DNA of 64,000 nucleotides from Camelus dromedarius (taxonomy: Eukaryota). Shown in pieces: positions 11,894 through 21,292 of the stretch; within the stretch, counting starts at the first letter, position 1, and each line of letters opens with the position of its first letter. The stretch spans positions 18,912,001 to 18,976,000 of the forward strand of contig NC_087436.1 in assembly GCF_036321535.1 (NCBI RefSeq). The letters run 5' to 3'. A program made the position numbers and the translations under genes. Below the pieces are notes generated by a model that saw nothing but the letters and a program-made list of their open reading frames with translations, had not been told where the DNA came from and ran no database searches.

Positions 11894-12577
11894 CTGCGTT
11901 CTGCTAATTCTAAGATGCACATTTTCCCTCATGTTTTACCGTCTTTGAAATTGAAAGACATTGGAGAATTACTGTCAGGCAGGCAGTAGTCATGGTGACA
12001 TGGCCACTGCCTGTAAACTGTCATAACTGTTCTTATTGTTGTTATGTTGGGTGAGATTACTTGCAATTTTGGGAAGGTGCATGTAGAGTGGAATTATTAT
12101 TTCAAATGTCTTCTCCAAGAAGCCTCTTACGCAGCCTTGACGTGAAAAGTGACTGACTGTTCAGAAAGACAGCAGCTGGCCATGGATTTGATCCTAGCTG
12201 AAGCAAATGTTCTTTGTAGGAGAGATGACTGCAATTCCCCCTTTTCTTGGAAAGAGCAACCAAATGATTTAGGGGACTCAGAAGGGAAAATCCTACAGGT
12301 CTAGGAGGCTTTGTAACACTTTAATACTAAGATAAGTGCAAAAGGATTCCTGGTACAGGCCAAGCAGTGCAATAGGAGGCAAGAGAAAACACCAAATAAT
12401 TTGGAAGAGATAAAAGAAATTTCTGGGCAAAGGCTCCTTAGCCCACCTAGGCTTCAAGTAGTACTATCATTAAGGTGTTGTATCATAGATCGACTGAAAG
12501 TATATATTCTTTTCCAGATTGGTGCATAAAATGGTGAATCTGTCAATCAGTGATGTCTTAGATTCAATAAAATATGG
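11894..12577 (+). mobile_element. Tigger13a-like TcMar DNA transposon (non-autonomous, both ends present)
   Basis: Degenerate TIRs 'ctgcgttctgctaattctaagatgcac' and 'gatgtcttagattcaataaaatatgg'. The internal 'aaatgtctt...tgaagcaaat...gcaaaaggatt' matches the recalled Tigger13a transposase N-terminal remnant. Confidence 0.8.
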
Positions 12578-12598
12578 TCAAACAAACCCAGAAAAGAG

Positions 12599-13067
12599 TG
12601 TTGACTGATTAAAAAAAAAAATAACCCACCACATGAGAGTTGTGAGTTAAATTTTACTTGAGGACAAATGAGGACTATAGCCTGGGAGACAGCCTCTCAG
12701 ACAGCACTGAAGTACTGCTCTGGAGAGGTAGTGGGGAGGTCAGAATATATTCGATTTTGGTGCAGGGGGATACGTGCAATCAAGCACATGTTATGGCAGA
12801 GGGTTGTTACTAGTCACGAGGATCTCCATTAATGATTTTAGTGCTTTTCTAGATAAGGGAAGATGCCAGAAATTGGTGTCATAAAATCTCCTGAAAATAT
12901 CTAACTCTCTGAAGGCCTGTTTTGCCAGTTTTTCCCAGAGTACAGAGCACCTCATTCCTGATCTTCCCCCCAGAGTCTTTTCAGGGTGTGTTGGAGGTCA
13001 GTGACTGCAGTGGCTAATGGCTTCATCCTTGTAGAAACAGATGACAAGTGATGATTTTCAGTTGGCA
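12599..13067 (-). mobile_element. ERV1-class solo LTR (MER41-related)
   Basis: TG...CA termini, about 470 bp long, 4-bp TSD agag/acag, and 'gaggactatagcctgggagacagcctctcagacagcactga' typical of the MER41 group. Confidence 0.75.
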
Positions 13068-13715
13068 ACAGGAAGAATGTATTGTCCATGCTAGCCATTG
13101 ACTCATTGGTGTCTTCACCTACCAACTATCACCTTGTCCAAAATTGCTTCCTATCTTTTCTGACCACTGAGTGAAAGAGAAATGGAGGCAAAATGAATAA
13201 ACGGCATAACTCTTGGGAGACAGTAGATGCTGGTGAAGCAGAAAATAGAACCTGAAATTTGTGCTTGATCATTACAAGTAACACAGCCACCCAAGCTGCC
13301 TCTAAAACTTTAAAGGAAGACCAGCTGAGACCAAAACACCAGAGAATTGTCTTCTCAAGTATTTCCTACTTTTAAGAGAGTATTTTTTTTAACCCTAGCA
13401 GTTTTGTAGGAAGCCACGACTGAAGGGTGAGGTGAGCTTGGCCTACAGGCACGAAAACCCGCTGCTCAGGACAATGACACGTCCCTCCCCTGTCATGTGT
13501 TATTACTTACCATGCGTGCCATGGGACAAATGTTTGTTATTAGCAGAAGTTTCATAGACAAGTTTTATCATCCGTTTTCTGGTCCACTCCAATTTAACAA
13601 CAATTTTCTCTTTTGCCTGCAGGCTAGAAACCTAAGTTTTTGCCCAAACCATTTCTATTTTTGCTGTCATGGCCCTGAATGAACATTCTGTTTTTAAAAG
13701 GAACTGGAACAAAAT

Positions 13716-13874
13716 GGGGGGAGGGTATAGCTCAATGGTAGAGCACATGTCTAGCATGCACGAGGTCCTGGGTTCAATCCCCAATCCCTTCAATAAAAAA
13801 AAAAATAATAATAATAATAAAATAATTAAATAAACCTAATTACCTCCCCCCCAACAAAAACAAATAAATTTTTA
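13716..13874 (+). mobile_element. Camelid tRNA-derived SINE (Vic-1-like), full length
   Basis: A-box 'tagctcaatgg', B-box 'ggttcaatcc', 3' 'aacctaattacctcccccc' segment and A-rich tail. TSD AAAAGGAACTGGAA(C)AAAAT at 13696-13715 and 13875-13893. Confidence 0.92.
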
Positions 13875-16194
13875 AAAAGGAACTGGAAAAAATACATGCA
13901 AGAAGGAGAATGTAATTTATTTTTTGATGTTCTCTAAAATAATTTTAAGTAATTCCAACCAACAAGCTTGATTCAGTTGTCTTTCCAGAAGGTGAGATCC
14001 TGGCTTTGGTTTGATTGGAAAAGGCTTGTCTTTACTCTGCAAAGGTCCACCTTGTTAGTGCACATATTTGGGGCATTGTCTAGCTTTATTTCTGCTCAAA
14101 GAAACCATGAAATGGCCTTGAAAGTTATGCATTCACTTGGGTATTTTGTATTTCTCACATTTAAAAACTGCGATACCAACCAAATAAAAAGCTCATTGGG
14201 AAGGGCCTCATCATATCCTTTTTGGTAAAATCCTTGACTGCCAGGCTTAATTAGCACATCTTTTATTTGTAAAACAAAATGGAAATGGCCTCCCTAAAAG
14301 GTAGCCACACATACTCTTCTCTTCAGAAGGAAAGCTAGAGCTCAAGGTAAAAGATGAGTTTTCTTAGCAAGTTTCTGCTTTCACTTAAATTGCTGAATGA
14401 TTTTGCCTTTGGGCTGATATTTTCCATACCTTTTAATATTTCCCAAAATTGAGATTTTGGTGCTTGAGTTTTGAAAGTGTCACTGCAACCTATTGAAAGA
14501 AAGTTGAAAATAGAGGCTATTTGTTGCTGGAAATTTTGCACTTGAATAGAATTGGAGCTGGAAGGTGTCAGAAGCTTAGTTGGGCTGGAACTAGGCAGCA
14601 GAATTTTAGTTTAAATGGTGTGTGATTCAGAGTAGGCCCTTTAATAGATATTTGTTAAATAGACTCTATAGCATATGTGTGCACAAATGCCTGTATATGA
14701 ACCATACATACTACCTTTCAATAAAATTTGAAATTAAGATGTTCTACAAGTAAAATATGAATTTATGACTAGTCAACAAATGAACTCAATAATGATAGCT
14801 ATAATAATGACAATTTTTATTATAAGTAGGCTATAAATAATATTTATTCTTAATTATTATTTTTATTAACTAGCAAGTTCATCTTTCTTCTCAGTCATCA
14901 ACTGCAACTCTGATAGTGTCTCCAAAACTTCAGTAATTTGTAGAGAGGTGAGAAGTCTTTAGAGCAATCTCTAGGTGCACACTATGTGAGGTTACAGAGA
15001 GTGGCATCTTCATCCTCTGAGAGAGCAAGACCAAGGAGGAGCTTTCACTGGTTATACCTGGTTGGGATGAGAAGAGTAAAAAGACCATTCACTTATTCCC
15101 TGATACATCCCATGTATTTATGCAGGAGGGGTGAGTTATATAAAATTTCAGGTGATGGATGAAAGCCTTTTCTACAGGTACCAAAACATCTTATTTCAAC
15201 TCTATCTAGAAATTCTCAAGAACTTCTCAGTGAATTAACATGAATTTGATTCGGGAGGGATTTGGAAAAGTTTAAGAGTCCAAATCACATTGATCGGGAG
15301 AGTCAGCGTGTGGCAAAGCAGCTACAGTACAAAGGTGGTCAGCGAGGAGAGGCTAACGTCGAGGTCTCCAAGCTTATTTATTTAGGTGTAAATATTTTCA
15401 TAGCTTTGTTATAGACTGTAATTTAAATTGCTAAATTACTCATTCTGTATTAAATTCCAAGTCAATCTAGGTATTTTAGAGATGGTATTCTAAAACAGTT
15501 AATACTATGAACAGTTAAGACCTCCATCACAGATTTGAATTTCAGGAAATGATAAGTTCTGTATCGACGCATGGAAAGTCACAATAGTAATAGTAGATTT
15601 CCTTTGTAATTCTATGCATTTATCCATTGGTTTCGCCATTGAAGAGGTCCATGGCACAAAAGTGATTTTAAAAAATGGAGACCCTGGATTCAGTCTACTG
15701 AAATAACGTTTCAAAATAAAATAAATGAGGAGGAACATGTTCTCCATTCCTTAGCTCGGAAGGACTTTGAACTGATGGTCAGGTCAGCGACTTCTTCTTT
15801 CAAGATAGCATTGGAAGGGATAAGTTGATGAGCTAAGAGCAATATGAAACAACAAGCTGGTGTGATGTAAACCTGGATGGGAATTTTGGGATTTGTTGTC
15901 CAAGACTCTCCCAAGTGCAGTTCTGCAATAAACCATAACTGAATTAATTTCCAAGGAAGCTCAGATTTGGACATTAAAGGGAAATGGCAAAAGTTACTAA
16001 ATTTGGCTCCTAGGAAATACGTGTCTCAACAATGCCTTGGGCCCTGTTAATTAATTGGGAGAAAACAGCTTATTTATTTGTTTGGGGGACTAAAGATCCA
16101 ACTGTGACGCATATCTGCAGTTAGGTATGTAAGGAAAGAAAGGAAACAATGTGAGCTCTGTGTTCTGACTTTGTTGGCTGACTGGATGTTGGGT

Positions 16195-16290
16195 TCTTCA
16201 CATTTGTTGAGCATCTCTAATGCTCAATACATTGGCCAAGTATTGTGCTAGCTTCTGGGGAGTCTATAAATATAAATGAGACAATTAAAA
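16195..16290 (-). mobile_element. L2 3'-end fragment
   Basis: Contains 'catttgttgagcatctc...gccaagtattgtgctag'. Confidence 0.45.
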
Positions 16291-17249
16291 AAATGAGTAT
16301 ATTATTTAGGCACAGAGAAGGATCGTTTTATCTCTAAAAAAATGATTGTTTTGTTAAATGGCATTAGTATGACTTTAAACAGTTAATTCTCCTTCTACTA
16401 AAATGTCTTATCATCAGGAAACAATTAGATTAACTAGTTTTTCTTTCCCCTAGAAATTCCCAGACTGTTAATATTCCCTGTCATACCATGCATCAAATAT
16501 GAGCCCCCTGAGGAGGACAGCACATGGACAAAGGGCCTGGTTGAGTTGGTGAAGTCATTAGCTATTTACCAGGCCTAGTCTAGGGGACCTGGAAGGCTGT
16601 CTTGACCCAGAAGATCTCTCCTAGATTGTCTGAGATAGTTCACCTCATTGAGTAGCTCGACATTAGAGAATCATTGGATTAATAAGCACCAGTTACACCT
16701 CCTGATGATTCATTGAGCCTTCCTTCCCTCAGAAAGTGGAAGTTATGACAAGGTTGGGGATGGGATGAGTAAGAGACACTATAGATGTATGGTGGTCCTG
16801 GGTTAAAGCAGATGGAGGTGGATATCACCATCTATAGTGTGCAGCATGAAGGCCATAGGGGGACCCACCAGCAACATTAGGAAAATCTGATCTATTCCCA
16901 AGAGTGGCCTTGGAAAGAGACCACCATAGGAGTGAGGCTGAGACAGCTGCCCTCTGATCTTGCCCTGCCCCCTGGAGAGTCCTCTTGTCCTACGACCCCT
17001 CTACAACCAAGCTGACCTTTCAGAGTGCAGCCTCCTTGTTGGGACTAGCCTCAAATGAGGACATACAACTTCCAATAAATCTTCAGAGCACAGCTAAATG
17101 CAAGCAGGAACTTTGAATAAAATTTTATCAACAACTTATGGCTATTTAAAAGTAAATAGAAACAAGAACATGAAACTAAGTGATTTGCATTGTAGGGAAT
17201 AACTCCTGGAGACATCACCAAGATGACAATATAGGAGTCTCTTGAATTC

Positions 17250-18391
17250 AGGCAAAGGACCTGAATCGACATTTTTCCAAAGAAGACATACAGATGGCTA
17301 AACAGGTACATGAAAAGGTGCTCAACATCCCTAATCACCAGAGAAATGCAAATCAAAACCACAATGAGATAACACTTCATACCTATTAGAATGGCTCTTA
17401 TGAAAAAGACAAGAAATAGAATTGTGGAGGGGGATGTGGAGAAAAGGGAACCCTTGTGCACTGTTAGTAGGAATGTAAATTGGTGCAGCCACTGTGGAAA
17501 AACACAGTATAGAAATTTCTCAAAAAACTAAAAAAAGAACTACCATGTGATACAACATTCCACTTTTCTGGGTATATATCCAAAGGAAATGGAATCATTA
17601 CCTCGAAGAGATGTCTGTACTCCCATGTTAATTGCAGCATAGTCACAATAGTCAAAAGATATGGAAACAACATTAAGTGTCCATCAACAGATGAAAATGT
17701 GAGAGATATATATGAATAAAACTTTCCGGAGGGGTTAATATAACTCAGTGGTAGAGCATATGCTTAACATGCACGAGGTCCAGTACCTCCATTAAAAAAA
17801 AAAAACCTTTCCATCATATATATAATATTCCAATATGATGGAATATATATATAGTCATATTATTCAGCCGTGGGAAAAAAGGAAATCCTGTCATTTGCAA
17901 CAACATGGGTGGACCTTGAGAGTATTATGTTAAGTGAAATAAGCCAGACAGAGAAAAACAAATATTGCATGGTATCACTTACACGTGGAATCTGGAAAAA
18001 AAAAGTTGAACTCACAGAAACAGAGAATAGAGTGGTGATTGCCAGGAGCTAGTGGGGGCAGGGGAGTAGGGAGAGGTTCATAAAAGGTACAGACTTTCAG
18101 TTATAAGGTAAATTAAGATCTGAAGATCTAACGTGTACCATAATAACTGTTGTTGATAATGCTTTATTGTATAATTAAAATTTGCCAAGAGAATAGAACT
18201 TAAGGGTACTCTCACCCTCTACCCCCCCCCAAAAAGGCAAATGTATGAAGCGTGAGGTGTAAGGGATGTCTTAACTAATTCAGTGAAGGGGCCTTTCACA
18301 AGGTATATGTATGTTAAACCATCACGTTGTACTCTTTAATATATCTTACACTTTTATTGGTCAAATATGCATCAGTAAAGCTGGGGAAAAA
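17250..18391 (+). mobile_element. L1MA/L1MB-type fragment: end of ORF2 plus 3' UTR
   Basis: ORF 17870-18052 (KKEILSFATTWVDLESIMLSEISQTEKNKY) is the ORF2p C-terminus; the element ends 'cagtaaagctggggaaaaa'. Confidence 0.9.
17728..17802 (+). mobile_element. Vic-1-like SINE with an internal B-box deletion, nested in L1
   Basis: 'ataactcagtggtagagcatatgcttaacatgcacgaggtcc|agtacctcc' plus A-tail; TSD AAAACTTTCC (17718-17727) and AAACCTTTCC (17803-17812). Confidence 0.85.
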
Positions 18392-18604
18392 GGAATAGCT
18401 CCTTTCTCTTCAGGTTATGGTCCAGCAGCTCCCACCCAGCGGCAGAGGGCATCCTTTCTCCCTCATCTGAGGGTGTCCTCCGGCACCTTCAGGCCCACCA
18501 GGCTCATTGAGGTCCCAACCACAAAATGAAGCCCAGAGAGAAGAGACACCACTCCTGTGGACCATAACCTTCCTGACGGCAGAGATCACATCTGTTTTGC
18601 TCAC

Positions 18605-19134
18605 ATTCCTCCACTGAACAATTGTTCATCGAGCACCCACCCTCTGCCAGATGCTTGGGATATGTCAGGAAACCCAAGAGACAAAAGCAAAACAACACTG
18701 TCATTGAACAACAAATAGACAATAACAAAATGTAATAAATAAGTTTGGTTACAATCAAATAAGTACCATGGAAAAAAATAGAATAGGTTAAGGGAGATTG
18801 GAAATGCCAGCAGGGAGTTCATGTGTTTGGGGAGGGCTGTCCACAATATAAGATACAGTTGTGTGGGGAGGCCCGCTAAAGAAAAGGTAAAATCTGAAAA
18901 AAATTTGGAAGAAGCAAGAGAATTAACCATGTGATTATATGCCAGGGTGAAGGGGGATGTATTTTAGGCAGAGGAAAGAACCTACACCTAGAGCTTAAGT
19001 TGGTAGATAGTTAGAGGAAGGGTGCAGAGGCCATTGTGGCTGGAGGAGAGGACATGGGATTATGTCAGAGAGATAATGGGGAGCAAGTGGTCATGGGAGA
19101 TTTGGAGCCATAGTAAGGACTTTGGCTTTTCCTT
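18605..19134 (-). mobile_element. L2 fragment (left part)
   Basis: Contains 'aacaattgttcatcgagcacccaccctctgccagatg...gccatagtaaggactttggctttt'. Confidence 0.75.
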
Positions 19135-19639
19135 TTAAATTTTTTAAATATAAAAAAAAATTTTTACTGAAGTGTAGTTGATTTATAATGTTAGTTTCAG
19201 GTGAATAGCAAAGTGATTCAGTTTTATATATACATACATATGTATATTTTCTTTTCAGATTCTTTTCCATTATATATTATTATAAGAAATTGAATATAGT
19301 TCCCTGTACTACAGTAGGTCTTTGTTGTTTATCTATTTTATATATAGTAGTGTGTATCTCTAATCCCAAACTCCTAATTTATCCATCTCCCCCTTTCCCC
19401 TTTAGTAACCATGTTTGTTTTCTATGTCTGAGTCTGTTTCTGTTTTGTAAGTAAGTTCATTTGTATCCTTTTTTTCAGATTCCATGTATAAAGGATATCA
19501 TATGATATTTGGCTTTCTCTGTTTGATTTACTTCACTCAACATGATAATCTCTAGGTCCATCCATGTTGCGGCAAATGGCATTATTTCATTCTTTTTCAT
19601 GGCTGAGTAATATTCCATTGTATATATAGACCATATCTT
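19135..19639 (-). mobile_element. 5'-truncated L1 3' end (copy A)
   Basis: T-rich tail followed by 'actgaagtgtagttgatttataatg...aggtccatccatgttgcggcaaatggc'. Confidence 0.9.
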
Positions 19640-19654
19640 CTTTGGCTTTTCTTT

Positions 19655-20182
19655 CTTTTCTTTTTCTTATATTTTAAATTTTTTTACTGAAGTATAGTCA
19701 GTTTACAGGGTGTCAATTTCTGGTGTACAGCATAATGTTTCAGTCATACATATATACATATATCCCTTTTCATGTTCTTTTTCATTATAGGTAACTACAA
19801 GATATTGAATAGGGTTCCCTGTGCTATACAGTAGAAACTTGTTGTTTATCTATTTTATATATAATAGTTAATATCTGTAAATCTCAAACTCCTGGTTTAT
19901 CCCTCCCCATCCCCCCCCCCCCCGGAGCCATAAGTTTGTTTTCTATGTGAGTCTGTTTTGTTATGTAAATAAGCTCATTTGTGTTATTTTTTTAGATTCC
20001 ACATATAAATGATATCATATGGTATGTTTCTTTCTGTTTCTGGCTTACTTCACTAAGTATGAAGATCTCCAGGTCCAATCTATGTTGCTATAAATGGCAT
20101 CATTTTATTCTTTTTTATGGCTGAGTAGTATTTCATTGTATATATGTATGTACCACAACCTCTTTATCCAATCATCTATTGA
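19655..20182 (-). mobile_element. 5'-truncated L1 3' end (copy B, different 3' UTR subtype)
   Basis: T-rich tail followed by 'actgaagtatagtcagtttacagggtgtcaatttctggtgtacagcataatg...tatccaatcatctattga'. Confidence 0.9.
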
Positions 20183-20675
20183 CCTTGGCTTCTCTTGAGT
20201 GAAATGCAGAGTCACTGGAGGGTTTTGAGCAGAGATGTGGCATGATTTGAACCTAAATTTTCTCAGAATCATTTGGATTGTTGTGCTGAGAGTAGACTAC
20301 AGGGAGGCAAGGGGAAGGCTGAGGACCTGATGTGCAAGGTGTTGGGATACTCCAGTTGAAACAATTCCACAACTGTCCATCCTACCAGAGTTTTCATGGT
20401 GGAGGTGGTAGAAAGGGGCCACACTCTGGATATATTTTGAAGGTAGAGCCAATGGGATTTCTTGATGGATTAAATATGGAGTGTGAGAAAGGGGAGGAAT
20501 CAGGTCTTTTGGTTTGAGCAACTGGAAACAAAGAGTAGCCATCAGCTGGCCTGGGGAGTAGAGGGGGAAACACACTGGGGAGTCAGACTGGAGGCTGTTA
20601 GTTATGGACACATTGAATTGGAGATGCCTCTTAGATATCCAACAGGAAATGCTGGGTGGGTGTTGGATATATGAT
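20183..20675 (-). mobile_element. L2 fragment (continuation)
   Basis: Contains 'ctggagggttttgagcagag', 'tctggatatattttgaaggtagagcc' and 'gagatgcctcttagatatcc'. Confidence 0.8.
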
Positions 20676-20677
20676 CT

Positions 20678-21194
20678 TGAAGGAGTTCAGGACATGCCAC
20701 TCCAAAATATGCCTCTGTGGCATCTTGACTATTTTGAGTTAAAAGCACTTGAAAAACAGCAATTACAAGAAAAACACTCTGACCTTCTTTCTTTTTCCTG
20801 AAAGCAGAACATGAAATTCCTGTACAAAAGATGTCCTCCCCATGCCAGAAGGAAAGTAACATTCTTATCCTCAATGGCGAGCGGCTGAGACGGAGAGAAT
20901 TCTATACAAACAGACCTTGTTAAAATAATTCTTATCTTCCTTCAGTCTCCCCACATAGTTTAGCCATTTTTCTACAGTCGCCTTTCTTTGTCCAACCTGC
21001 CTAATGCTAAAAAGCAAATAGGTTTCACCACTTCTTTGGGTCTTCATTCTTATGAAGAATCCTGTGGCACATAAAACTTCTACTAAATAAATTTGTATGC
21101 TTTTCTCTTGTTGATCTGCCTTATGTCAATTTAATTCTTAGGCCCAGACAAAACACCCCCAGGAGGGTAAAGGTAAAAGTTTGTCTCCCTTACA
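20678..21194 (+). mobile_element. MER34-family ERV1 solo LTR
   Basis: Starts TGAAGGAGTTCAGGACATGCCACTCCAAAATATGCC, has AATAAA near 21086, ends CTCCCTTACA; TSD atct/gtct. Confidence 0.85.
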
Positions 21195-21229
21195 GTCTCT
21201 AGTTTGAACAATGGTTCAGGCTAGTGAAC

Positions 21230-21292
21230 ACTGACAGCTGGTTAGTAAGCACTCCATAATCACTGGGTGAATGAATGAATGAATGAATGAAT
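21230..21292 (+). mobile_element. L2 3' tail with (TGAA)n
   Basis: Contains 'tagtaagcactccataatcactgggtgaatgaatgaatgaatg'. Confidence 0.6.

Noticed and set aside
13716..13795. tRNA-like sequence with A and B boxes
   Set aside because: It has an A-rich tail, a SINE 3' segment and a TSD, so it is a SINE head rather than a tRNA gene.
13972..13997. tctttccAG-AAG-GTGAGA, a possible 3-nt microexon
   Set aside because: No host gene was identified, the pyrimidine tract is short, and such a match is expected by chance in 64 kb.
15505..15974. Two overlapping minus-strand ORFs suggesting a frameshifted pseudogene
   Set aside because: No recognisable protein family, and no poly(A) tail or TSD.
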